64,000 nt of DNA from Camelus dromedarius (GCF_036321535.1 NC_087447.1:41480001-41544000), one strand, 5' to 3'. Shown: positions 37,880 to 50,940, counted from the first letter of the stretch. The notes: a model not told the origin generated them from the letters alone. A program made the numbers and translations.

Positions 37880-38760
37880 GACCAAACCAGGGCTCATAGT
37901 GTCATTTACCGGCTGGGCACATCGACAGCCGGCTCTGGAGATGGCACCAGGCTGCGGCCTCGAGGAGCCTGCCAGGAGAGGCCTCTCCCAGCGCCACTAG
38001 GGCACGACCCACTCCTTGGCCTTCGCCACCACCCTTCCCTCTCGAATGGCCTTTCCTGGTCAGGAGAAGCGAAGCCAGCAAGCTGAGCTCTGCGGAGGAA
38101 CGTTGGGCACTGTCTCCAGGCAACGCCCTGGGGGCGGGGCTTGTGCGTCACTGAAGTGCGACCGGGTCGCGGACGGAGCTGCCGCCGCCAACGCCCGAGG
38201 TTCTGAGCGGCTGGCTGAGGCGGCGCCTCTGCAGCCGGAAGCGCGATGCCTTGAACCTGGGGTGAGCTCCGCAGCGCTGGTCTGTCGCCGTCTCTCTTCC
38301 CAGCTGCCTCACAACTCTCGGGTCAGGAGTAGAAAGGCCGGCCAGGCCTCCACTGACGCGCCGAGCTCCCGCGGGGAGACAGGCCTGGCCCTGCCGCCCT
38401 TTCTAGGCCTCGCCTTAGGGCGCGGGGCTGGCTAGGGAGGGCCTTCTGTGGTCCCACCGTCTCTAACCCGGCGGTTTCCAGTGGCCGGGCGTGGAGGTGG
38501 CTTGTCCCGTTTTGGGGAGGTTCTAGGGTACCAGGAGAGAGTTTTTCTTCTTCGAGTGCGGATCCGGATTTGAATATTGCCGCCGGCGCAGTCAGTCCGC
38601 CAGCAGACGTAGCTGTTGGTTACAAGTGCAGGTGCGCTTGAGGAGGGGCTGAGACTGAGAGGGCGGCGGGAGGGTGGCGGGTGCGTTTAGTCAACACTAG
38701 TGCTGCTAGAAACCCGTGCGCCTCCGCCGCACTAGACACCCCAGATTAGAAAAACCCTTC
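37880..38760. promoter_or_regulatory. RNF141: CpG-island promoter of RNF141
   Basis: Only CpG-dense segment in the window; GC box 38131-38140, TGCGTCA 38144-38150, CCGGAAG 38235-38241. Confidence 0.9.
38190..38261 (+). other. RNF141: RNF141 non-coding exon 1 (start approximate)
   Basis: Donor GGG|GTGAGC at 38261/38262 within the CpG island; joined to exon 2 it gives CCTGGG|AAACTATG, consistent with recalled human 5'UTR. Confidence 0.7.
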
Positions 38761-41164
38761 CCTGGGCAGTGGCTCAGAAATGGCCAAGTTGGTCTACTTA
38801 ACCCGCCCTCCCTTTCTAAATTAGCTTAAGCTGCTCCCCTTCCCAAAGGCCTTGCCTTATCAAACCACTTACGGTGAGACCCAGCTGAGACCGTTTCCTT
38901 GCTGCTTAATTGTAGTAATCATTCCTGAAACAGGAGCCTCCTGTGTTTGCTGTTGAAATGATTTCTTATCGCTATTTGTATCGTGTTACAGAATGTGGGT
39001 TTACTATTATGTTCAGATGTATTCCCAGCTTCTTTAAAATTGCGGTATACGTCCAAATTTATTTATAACGCGGCCGTGACACTTCCTATGGTTTATAATT
39101 CTTATATCTTCTGATTTTTTTACACTTCCTCCCGCCCGTTTTTCTTGCTATAAAATGAGATGCATCCATTCGGAATTTTCATCTGGGGCAGGAGGTGTGC
39201 CTGAGCAAAGATTCTAAATTAGCGACCTCAGTATTGAAGTCACTCTTCTAAGAAGTAATGCGCTCTGAATTCGAAATTCAAAAATAGTATGAATTTTTTT
39301 CTTTTCCTCTGATGCTGCCTGGCTACAGTTTCTAAATATTTTCTTCTAGGATATGACTGTACGTTTTCAAAATATGTTTGTCATTTGGTGTAAGTGAACT
39401 TTGTATTTAGTGTGTGTGGCCTGATCTTTCTTAGCTCACATCTATATACTTGACACACTTTCCTTCCCCTCTTCCTCCCAAAAATGCAGAGAAGGTCCAG
39501 AGAGAATTCTTACAAGTCTAGTTAGTGCATTTTTCCGAGTATGAAATGTATTTAGTAAACACACTGGTGATGTCAGAAATCCATGTTTTCAGTCTCCAAG
39601 TACTACTATCCTTTTGTTGTTTTCCTTTCTATACAATTTTTGTCTGATTAAGATCTTTGAGCCCAGGCCATGTATTCCTGACCCTAGTAACTCTGACTAG
39701 TCTGATTGTTTCAGTATGATCTATTATAGCTGCTGTTAATTTCTTGTCTTGCAGGACAGCTGATGATCTGTTTACAGATCTAGAGTTTGAGTAAGCAATG
39801 AATAGTAAAATAAATAGTAACTTTAGGGACCTACTTTGTAGTTCTTAGTTTTTATCACTGATGCTAAAGCAGCCTTAACAGTAAAAATAGTTGATTATTT
39901 CAATTATAAATATCTCTTTTGTAAATAAAGAAATTGATATAAAGTTTCATGGAGAGCAGTTTTCAGAGAGGTTTTCTAAATACTACAGTATTTGTGAACT
40001 AGTCATCTTGTTGCACTTTCACCCTTTTCATCTTTGCTTTAATCCTTTTATGAATGGATATGGCTTAAATTTTCATGGAGGGTTTTTTCCCTAGTTACCC
40101 ATGATGTGATTTTTGTATCTTTATAAAGAGTATTTGAACTACAGCAATTTATTTGTTAGAAAAAGAAGTGATCAAGTGTATGTTACCACCCACTAGAGAA
40201 TGTGGCATTTTTGGAATCCTTGATATTCTTATGTGTTTCAGAATAACAGTTATTCTTTATTTAGAAAATCCTTCAAATGTTTTTTGAAAGCACATTGTTA
40301 TTCTGTTATAAAGGACTAAATTATAGGTGATGCAGTAGTATGGGAGCTGCCAGTTCTTTGAGAAATCTTGACCAGAAATTTGTCTTTTGCTGAGTTCTAC
40401 GCAAGTGGTTTGCAAATAAAGTTCCTATTTAATACTGCTGTTTCATTATCTAGGGGGAGTATTTTGCTCATACCAAATAATATTTCTCAGTCCACATAAA
40501 TGTTAATGATAAATTTTTATAATTTTATATTTTTTCCATGTTTTTTTCACTTCAGCTTCTCTCCAAGTTGATATTAGTAGATGACTGAACAAGTTAACAA
40601 AAATCAAGACTACTAAGTGAATAATAAAACCCCCCCAAACTCAACAGTATTTACTGTATCCATTTATAAACATTTATTGTGTGCTTCTGTATCTGCCATT
40701 AGAGAGAACACAGCTGCCACCCTTAAGAAGCTCACAGAGGGGGATGGTCAGGTGACCCAGCTGATGTTGTGTGCTGTGATAGAAGAATGTGCAGAGTCAC
40801 CAAAGAGGGACATTGAAAAACCTGGGGTGGGTGACTAGAGGGTGGCCTCAGCACATTGTTTTGTGAACAGACATGCACCCTTGGCTGTAGTTCTATTTTG
40901 CATGTAGATTACATAGCCATATTTTTATGCTCATGATGGATGTTAATATTTATCATTATTTTGTGACATTCAAAATGAACTAAATCACAGGCCCTTTTCA
41001 CCGAACCAGGTTGAGAACCACTGTTCCATGCTCTCTCAGTACTCTCTAGATAATGTTCCCTTTTAATCCAAGAAATTAATCAGGTTTCTCAGATACCAAG
41101 TGCAATTCAGGATAACAAGTTAGTATCTTGCCTCAAATTATAAACCTTATTCAAAGTTGGGTGT

Positions 41165-41482
41165 ATCATACTAAGTAAAGACAGACAGACAGACAAAGAT
41201 AAATATTTTATCACTTATATGTAGAATCTAAAAAATTAATACAAATAAATTTGTTTACACAACAAGAAAAGACTCAGACATAGAAAACAAACTTACGGTT
41301 ACCAAAGGTAAACAACAAGGATTTACTGTATAGCACAGGAATCAACAGTCAATATGTTGTAAAAACCTGTAATGGAAAAGAATCAAATATATATATAACT
41401 AAATCACTTTGCTGTATGCCTGAAACTAACATGATATTGTAGGTCAACTATACTTCAATTAAACTTTTTTAAATAAAAAACA
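41165..41482 (+). mobile_element. L1 3'UTR fragment
   Basis: atcacttatatgtagaatctaaaaa...aactatacttcaatt plus A tail. Confidence 0.8.
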
Positions 41483-43824
41483 AAATTAGGGCATCAGATC
41501 AAAACAATGTAGGAACAAAAGGGACCATTTCCTAACTCAATAAACAAGCAACTAAATCTTTTAAAATATCTGGTAGGCACATTGATTAAACTATTACATG
41601 TTTTACATAAAATATTAAAACCATATATTTCAAAAGTTTAATTTTTTCTTTGTTAAGAATTTTAAGAGTAAGTTTAAAGTTTTCAGTCTGATTAATTGGA
41701 ATATTTTATTGCATTTTGATTGGATTAGTACAGGAACACGAGAGGGAATTTAAGTTTTACTTTGGGAGTGAAATTTTAGGTTAGAGGTCACATTCTCCAC
41801 TTATTACTCAAGCAGAAATCTATAAAACACTTATTAGATGAATGTCTTATCTTTATTTAAACAACTCCACATTTCCAATGAAAGCAAGCTCACAGGCATT
41901 ACAAGGTAGCTCTTAACCCTGCTGGATAATTATGAATGATAGGAAATTCTTATATTGACCTGAAATCTGCCTAATTTATAATTATTGCCCGTTCTGTTCT
42001 CTGTAACCATATAAAATAACTGTTACTTCCTCTTCCACATGAAAGCTCTTGAAGTATTTGAACAAACCTATCATGTTGCTCCATGTTGTTACTGAACTAT
42101 GATTATCTAGAATAAATTGCTTCCTTTTCTAGATTTGTAACATCTTATGTGCTCTCCTAAATATGTTCAAGCGATTAGTGCCCTTTAAAAGTGTGACTCC
42201 TTAGAGCTGGTTACTGAACTTACTGTGGTAGAACCATTACAGAGCACAGTGGGTAGGCTCTTCCTCTGGACATTTGCTTCTAGCAAGAGTTTGGGATTAT
42301 TTCAGCATTTTGGCCTCTTTACTGTTGACTTATTTTGACTGATACCCTCAGACCTTTTAATTTTAATTGCTTTTAAGCATATCTTACCCTTGTGCTTTTG
42401 TGCAGTTGCCTTTTCAAAACATATTCAGGATTTGACTTTTAGTCATATTTGACATAATTTATTCTATTTCAGAAAATCAGTATCCCTTTCAGTTTTGATT
42501 TTGGTATTCAGTAGATCTTCCTTCATTCCAGTTTTAATCATCTACAGATTGGGCAGGCATGTAGTCTTGTCTTCAGGACATCAGCAAAAATGGTAAACAT
42601 CCCATCTCTTGTTGCCAGTCTCCCTCTCTCCCTCTCTATTTTAGTCACTCTGGCTTTTTTTTTTTTTTTTTTTTTTTAATTACGTCAAAGTCAGCCATAC
42701 CCCTTCCTATGTTAGGCACTTTCTATACCTTTGCCTGGAATGTCCTCCCCTTGACATGCCTCTGTCCCTTTTCTCTGGCTAACTGACTGATAGCAAATCA
42801 GTTGTTTGCCCAAGGACTTCTTCCCTGACACAAGACTAGGTCAAGTCCTCCTTTTACAGGCTTTTGTAGTACCCTACACTTGTTTGGCTTCACGCTTACC
42901 GTTTTGTAATTATGTATTTATTGGTATGATTGTTGTCCCCACTGTATCAGATGCTCAGTGGTGGCAAGAACCGTGTTTCTTGTACTCATCATTGTATCCC
43001 CAGAACATAGCACAGTGCCAGACATGTGGTACTAGTTGAATTTAATTTTTTAAAAGGCCGTGTAACAGTTGCTCCCTAACACCAGTGTACAACCTTTGGC
43101 TTCTGACGATGTTTTCACACATTTGGATTAGACAAGAAAAATAAGGACAATAGTGTACTGTATATGTAGTATATGTCAGTGTGAAGTTACTGCATTTTTG
43201 GAAAGGACTTTTATTCTAATATAGCCTTTGACTTTTCAGGTTATAAATTGTGCTTTTTAAAAATTTTGTTAAGTTTTAGAAATTTTTTTTGTTTATTTTT
43301 GGAAACTATTCTTAAAAATAAGTGTGTGACACTATGGTGCTTTGAGATTTTGTTAGTCTGTGAAATCCAGAAATCACTAATGTTGAATACTCTAGAGACC
43401 TCCTCTAAGCTAAAATCTTCATTTCTCTTTGGATACAGTTGGTTTGAATCCACTTGGCTATATTTAAAATATATAATGTTGCCTTCAGAAATTTTTTTTA
43501 GTAGTCTGGACCTTCCTCAACAATTTCCTTTCATATATCTATGTAATACAGTATTTATCATTGCTAAGTAGGCTCAGATTCAAAACAGTAGTTGTTAAGT
43601 TTTTCTTTTTTAGTACAATTGTACTTTTCCTATATTTAATGTATAAAAGAATAAACCTCAAATACAATATATTAAATTTGAATAGCGAAAGCAAAATTTG
43701 CATATGTATGATTATTGTGAACTCCTTTTGTAAATGATTTTATATTTTAAAGTTACATATTTTAGAGTTATAACTTAATTCTTTTTTTTGATTAAATGAT
43801 AAAGCAGATTTCCTTAAAAAACCT

Positions 43825-45228
43825 TTCTTTTGAGTTACAGTCAGTTTACAATGTTGTATCAATTTCTGGTGTACACAATTTTTCAGTTATACATGAATAT
43901 ACATGTAATCATTTTCATATTCTTTTTCACTGTGAGCTACTACAAGATCTTGTATTTATTTCTCTGCATGTATACAGTATAAATTTGTTTATCTGTTCTG
44001 TATATACCTATCGGTATCTACGAATTTCAGACTCCCAGTCTGTCCCTATCTATCCGCCTCCCACCTGGCAACCACAAGTTTGTATTCTATGTCTGTGAGT
44101 CTGTTTCTGTTTTATATTTAAGTTCATTTGTTGTCTTCTCTCTCTCTCTTTTTTTTTTTTTAAGATTCTACATATGAGTGATCTCATATGGTATTTTTTT
44201 TCTCTTTCTGGCTTACTTCACTTAGAATGACATTCTCCAGGCACATCCATGTTGCTGCAAATGGTGTCATGTTGTCGTTTTTATGGCTGAATAGTATTCC
44301 ATTATATAAATACACCACCTCTTCTTGATCCAGTCATCTGTCAGTGGACATTTAGGCTGTGCTGTTTCCATGTCTTGGCTATTGTAAATAGTGCTGCTAT
44401 GAACATTGGGGTGCAGGTGTCATCCTGAAGTAGGGTTCCTTCTGGATATATGCCCAGGAGCGGGATTCCTGGGTCATATGGGAAGTCTATTCCTAGTCTT
44501 TTGAGGACTCTCCATACTGTTTTCCACAGTGGCTGCACCAAACTGCATTCCCACCAATGGTGTAGGAGGGTTCCCTTTTCTCCACACCCTCTCCAGTATT
44601 TGTCATTTGTGGATTTTTGAATGATGGCCATTCTGACTGGTGTGAGGTGATACCTCATTGTAGTTTTGATTTGCATTTCTCTTGTAATTAGTGATATTGA
44701 GCAGTTTTTCATGTGCCCATTGATCATTTGTATGTCTTCCTTGGAGAATTGCTTGTTTAGGTCTTCTGCCCATTTTTTGATTGGGTTGTTTGTTTTTTTC
44801 TTATTAAGTCGTATGAGCTGTTTATATATTCTGGAGATCAAGCCTTTGTCAGTTTCATCTTTTGCAAATATTTTCTCCCATTCCTTAGGTTGTCATTTTG
44901 TTTGGCTTATGGTTTCCTTTGCTGTGCAAAAGCTTGTAAGTTTAATTAGGTCTCATTTGTTTATTCTTACTTTTATTTCTATTTCTCGAGTAGGCTGCCC
45001 TAGGAGAACATTGCTGAGATGTAACATGAAATAATGTTTTGCTTATGTTTTCTTCTTGGAGGTTTATTGTATCTTGTCTTATGTTTAAGTCTAATCCATT
45101 TTGAGTTTATTTTTGTGTATGATGTGAGGGTGTATTCTAGCTTCATTGATTTACATGCTGCTGTCCAGTTTTCCCAACACCATTTGCTGAAGAGACTGTC
45201 TTTATTCCATTGTATGTTCTTGCCTTTT
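43825..45228 (-). mobile_element. Young 5'-truncated L1 (copy A of inverted pair)
   Basis: Minus-strand ORF2 C-terminal translation (ORF 44341-44841) plus 3'UTR. Confidence 0.95.
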
Positions 45229-45249
45229 TAAAAAAAATTTTTTAACATT

Positions 45250-45405
45250 TTTTTGTATTTTCATTTATTATTGTATTATTATTTTATTTTGGCAAGGTGG
45301 GAGGTAATTAGGTTTATTTATTTTTAGAGGAGGTACTGGGGATTGAACCCAGGACCTCATGCATGCTAAGCATGCGCTCTACCACTTGAGCTACCCCTCA
45401 CCCCT
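45250..45405 (-). mobile_element. Camelid Vic-1-type SINE
   Basis: gaggtactggggattgaacccaggacctcatgcatgctaagcatgcgctctaccacttgagcta; same family as 37097-37235. Confidence 0.85.
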
Positions 45406-45986
45406 CTGACAAAACTTTTACTATAAATTGTTACTATTTCACCTGCTTTATATGAATGTTAATTTAGGTGAGATAAAATGAGAGTCTTTGATGCAAACCC
45501 CTCTGCTTGTTTCCTAAACTGTCCTGTTTCTTCATCTGTAAAATGGTGATCATGAGGATTTAAGTGACTGAATTCACAAATACATAGTGCTTAGAGACGT
45601 GTTACATGATGGAAGTGATGAATAAATATTAGTTAATTTTACTATTATTAGTAGTGGTATTCTCATTGAATAGGGATTTCCATATTCAGTTATAGAATAT
45701 ATCAACATAGATAAATAGTAAAAATTATCTTATTTTCTATTTTAACCATATCTTAATGCTTGATATTCTGATAAATCAGTATTTACCAAAGAAAAAACTA
45801 TTAGAATAAACATATCCAGCTCTTCTCTAGCCATGGTACATAGTTATATCTTCCAAGACTTTAGAGTAAGTGGTTATTAAAGATGTGTTTTGTGATTAAA
45901 ATTTTAAATCAATTCAGTACCTTATTGATCTGCATTGATAGTAGATTATTAAAGTGGTGATCCAGCTTAACTAAAATAACACCTTC

Positions 45987-46897
45987 TCCAGGGAAGACAT
46001 ACAAATGATCAATGGGCACATGAAAAACTGCTCAATATCACTAATTATAAGAGAAATGCAAATCAAAACTACAATGAGGTATCACCTCACACCAGTCAGA
46101 ATGGCCATCATTCAAAAATCCACAAATGACAAGTGCTGGAGAGGGTGTGGAGAAAAGGGAACCCTCCTTCGCTGCTGGTGGGAATGCAGTTTGGTGCAGC
46201 CACTGTGGAAAACAGTATGGAGAGTCCTCAAAAGACTAGGAATAGACTTCCCATATGACCCAGGAATCCCTCTCCTGGGCATATATCCAGAAGGAACCCT
46301 ACTTCAAGATGACACCTGCACCCCAATGTTCATAGCAGCACTATTTACAATAGCCAAGACATGGAAACAGCACAGCCTAAATGTCCATCGACAGATGACT
46401 GGATCAAGAAGAGGTGGTATATTTATACAATGGAATACTATTCAGCCATAAAAACGACAGCATGACGCCATTTGCAGCAACATGGATGTGCCTGGAGAAT
46501 GTCATTCTAAGTGAAGTAAGCCAGAAAGAGAAAAAAAATACCATATGAGATCACTCATATGTGGAATCTAAAAAAAAAAAAAAAAGCATAAATAAAAAAT
46601 AGAAATAGACTCACAGACATAGAATATAAACTTGTGGTTGCCAAGGGGGTGAGGGGTGGGAAGAGAGAGACTGGGATTTCAAAATTGTAGAATAGATAAA
46701 CAAGATTATACTGTATAGCACAGGGAAATATATACAAGATCTTATGGTAGCTCACAGAGAAAAAAATGTGGCAATGAATATATATGTGTTCATGTATAAC
46801 TGAAAAGTTGTGCTCTACACTGGAATTTGACACAACATTGTAAAATGATTATAAATCAATTCAAAAATGTTAAAAAAAAACTTTTTTAAAAGTAAAA
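45987..46897 (+). mobile_element. Young 5'-truncated L1 (copy B) with 14-bp TSD
   Basis: ORF 46005-46451 is an ORF2 C-terminus; TSD aaaataacaccttc at 45973-45986 and 46898-46911. Confidence 0.95.
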
Positions 46898-47821
46898 AAA
46901 ATAACACCTTCATATTTAGAAAGCAAATTATATAAATGCAAAGTTAAAAATACCTATAAGAGTTAAAAAGCAAAAGAGTTGTCTTTTTCTAAGCAGAAAA
47001 TGTAAGATGGTTAAATTATCTAACACTTTAATTATCTTAGATTTTTCAAACCAAAAGTCTGTTTGATTTGCATATATTTTACAATTAAAAATAAGTTGCA
47101 CATTTATAAACAAAGTAACCCTACAACAAATGTTTTTTTTAATTTGGTCTATCAATATCATGATTATACGCCATAGTATACCATAGTGTTTTAGAACATG
47201 AGCAGTGGAATCTGAAAGACATGAGTTCGAAGTTCTTCAACCGCCTACCAACTGTTTAACCTTAGATAAGTCACTCAGCTCTATTTCCTCATCTATAAAA
47301 TAGGAATGTAATAATTCCTACCTCTTGGGGTTATTGTAAGAAATAAATGAGATAATATATGGAAAGTCCTTGGTTTGGAGTCTGACATATGGTAAACAGT
47401 CAGGAAATGGTCTTAGGAAAATTGTATAGGATAAACAAGCTTCCTATTAAATACAGTCACTTAAATGCCTCTGTGTGTGTGTGTGTGTAAAATGGTTTTT
47501 GACTTGGCAAAATTGTAGGAATTAGAGATTTATTATGCTCAATAAGATCAGTGAACTCTGTTTTCTCATTTAACTTATGATCTTAAAAAAATAGAACTGT
47601 AAATCTTTACTTTAAAATACAGGTGTTTAAATAAATTCTCCCTTAGGCTCATGTAAGTCTGTTGAGCTCTCACTTAAAAGTTTTCCTATTTTTCTTTATT
47701 TTCTTGAAGGGATGGGTATGTTGCTGTTTTTATATTACAAGTAAAAGTAACTTTTATGTATATTTGACAGAAACTATGTGAAGCAAGAGTCTTCCTGGAT
47801 TTCACAAGACATCACTTCATC

Positions 47822-47964
47822 ATGGGACAGCAAATTTCAGATCAGACGCAGTTGGTTCTTAACAAGCTACCAGAAAAAGTAGCAAAACATGTCGCATTGG
47901 TTCGAGAAAGTAGCTCCTTAACTTACGAAGAATTTCTTGGGAGAGTAGCTGAACTTAATGATGT
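47822..47964 (+). CDS. RNF141: RNF141 first coding exon (exon starts 47771); N-myristoylation-type MGxxxS
   Basis: [48 protein letters not shown]; acceptor ttgacAG 47770; GTAAGG donor; 143 nt. Confidence 0.95.
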
Positions 47965-50831
47965 GTAAGGCTTGCTCTTTTTCATTTTATTTTTCCCCCT
48001 GACATATGGCCCAATATCATGAGAATCTGAGAGGGAACCAGAACTATTGATTGGTAAGACTTATTAATATTTAATATTTTCAACAGCAGTTAGCAAATAT
48101 TTATTGAGTACTATAAGATTTCCTACGTGGCTATTTAAAAATATGTAATAGAAATGAAAGAGAATGAACTTAAAATTGAATTTCGAACACAGACATGTAA
48201 ATTTATTCTTACTTGAAAGCACTAAAGAGGGTGCATAACAGAAGAGAATATACTAATTAGTCACTCTAGAGAAAGGCTCCTCGGGTGGTGAAAGGACACT
48301 CAGATTTCAGTACATCAACCAGTTCATCCAGCTGATAAATCTTCTGTGTTTGTTCATTGAGTCATTATTTTGCCAGAGGAATATATATGATAATAATTCA
48401 TTTGTCAAAAATAAGACATTTTGTTTATAAATATTTTATAATTAGCTAATATCTTTAAATCTCTACTTAACTCTTGAATAGGTTTCTAAGATGGAATAAA
48501 CTCTGCCTCCTTAAAGAGCACACCTAGTAGAACTTAGCCGTCTCTTTGTTACTTATTCTTTATTATATCAATTTTTATGCTGATCTGTATAGAAGCTATT
48601 AAAATACACAAGGCTCTTTGTCCTAAAATGACCCCAGATTGTAATACTTTTAAAATACTGCTTTTTTGTTTGTGTGTTCTCCCCTAGTGACAGGAGAGCA
48701 GATGGCGCTTTTTCCTATTAAATCTTCCTCAGCAGCACCCATATCTGCCTCTCTTTGTTTATCTCCTGTCTCCCTGGGGATATAGTTATAACTTACTAAT
48801 GCTGCCTTTTAAATGAGATCTTAAAGGTTCTCTATTCAATTTAGCTAACGTTCACTAAGCACATAGTATGTGCAAGGCATTCTGCTGATGGTCAGACATT
48901 TTAACTGAGACCTAAAGTGATTACCCAGTTAGTAATGGCAGATCCAGCTCTCCCTAAGTCTGAAGTTCTTTCCACCAGCTCCCATTACTGCTCCTTAAAC
49001 CCCAAAAAGGCCAAATAAAATCACCCAGTAGTCTGAGACCACTTAGCACATATAACTTTATATATTATAGTCCCTATTAATAATTTAGAGTAAAATACAT
49101 GAATGTACTCCCTAAGCTTTGTGGACGATAAGAGACATGCTTGGCTATCTGGAACACTTTAGATAAAGAGAAGGAAATACAGTCCTTCTGTGGACATAGC
49201 TGGCGTGTACTGTTATTGGCCAGTCATGAAGAATAAAGCATTCTTAACTCTTAAAGTTCTCTTAGGAGATCATTTCTTTTAAGAACACTGGATTTCACTC
49301 ATTAAAAACAAACCAAAAAACCCTGTATGGGTATATGGATGGATCCTGTATGGGTGTATATGTAAATGCCTAGAAAATGAACTAGAAGGATACACACTGG
49401 GTCTCTGGGGAGTTGGTGAAAATGAGGGGCAGTGAAGGGAGATTTTACATTTTACTGCTTATGTTTGTGTATTGTATGATCTTTTATAATAGAAACATAG
49501 TCATGGGTTTTTTAAACTCTAGCATTTTACTTTGTCCTTTTTTTTTTTTAAAGATCATCCAGATGGTAGCATTTGAGGTTTTACTTCTGAGACCATATTC
49601 TTCAGGAATAAAATTGGATTGAGAGTTTAATTGTATCATAACAGTGGAATGCTTTTTTAGGTTTATTGTTTCAACTTTTTTGAAGAATAATCATGACATT
49701 TGCCATTCCTTTAGAAAATTAGAATTAAATACAATAAACCTATTCTAGTCTATGAAATTTTATTTTTTGGTCTAAAGATACTGGATAAAATGTGTCCTAT
49801 GAAAGTGTCTGCAAGCTAAGCTTACTGTGTAATACAGAGGTGATGGTAAAGAGTATCTTATTTATTTAGCACAGGATGTTTCTGACTGGATTTGCTTCTT
49901 AAAACCAATTCCCCTGGGTCAGAGTTGGGCACCTCACAAGTTCAGTGCTGTCTGAGAACAATAAAGTTAAACCTGCACAAAAGAAGCGTGGCTCGATAAC
50001 TAGAAAACAGAGCTGGGAACTGGCAGTACTACTTTCCCTGGCAGACTTTGTTACGTAGAGCTGGTTACTTAATTTTCAGTGGCCTCAATTTATGTGACTA
50101 TAAGTCACTTAATTCTGAGTGTGATATCCCCACTGGTGCTCAGAGAGAAATGTGAGTAATGATTAAAAAAAAGGAGCTGCAATACTTGATTATGTCTTTG
50201 AACTGATTTAAGTTGGTGTTGATAAATGATACTGAATTAGCCTCTAAAAAGTGTCATACTTCTATATTAGTACCCTGTCACTCTCTAAATTAGAATTACT
50301 CTGCTACTGGAAGACAGTAAACTTATATAAGTGTCTCAAAATCATTTGCTTCATCAATCCCACATTATCTATAAAATTTTTTTTCAAAGAGGTGTGTAAG
50401 TGTTGCTTAAGGAAGGACTCAAACAAGGGCAACATTTTTTCACACCTTATATACATCTGAGGCAATAGGCAAAATTTGGACAAGTGAAACCAGCTAAACT
50501 TCTTCTGTAAGTACTTGACTCCTGACACGTTTTTCCTAGATGTCTTTGTTAGAAATTTAAAGACCATTGAAATATAGATATGACAAAAAGATTTATAAAT
50601 ATCATTCCACTGTGCTGTTGACCTTGGAAACTAATTTGCATGTTTATAATCAAAACATTATCTGTGTGTTTCAAGAATCTAATTATTACAATCATCAGAT
50701 CGTTATTTTTCTTTGTGTCTTGTCTTCAAATTTCCTTCTCTGCTTTAAAGTGTTTCTTGAATCTGGTTTCATAGCTCCATTATTTTACTTGATTTTTCAT
50801 AAAATTAACAAATGTGTTTGTCTCTTTTCAG

Positions 50832-50940
50832 AACTGCTAAAGTGGCTTCTGGCCAGGAAAAACATCTTCTCTTTGAGGTACAACCTGGATCTGATTCCTC
50901 TGCCTTTTGGAAAGTGGTTGTACGAGTAGTCTGTACCAAG
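50832..50940 (+). CDS. RNF141: RNF141 exon 3
   Basis: [40 protein letters not shown] bounded; 109 nt. Confidence 0.95.

Noticed and set aside
37859..38435. ORFs across the CpG island
   Set aside because: GC-rich DNA is stop-poor; translations are unrecognisable and the RNF141 CDS starts at 47822.
44341..46451. L1 ORF2 fragments as functional genes, or the pair as one twin-primed inverted insertion
   Set aside because: Truncated and frameshifted; each copy has its own 3' end, they cover the same L1 region, and B has its own TSD.
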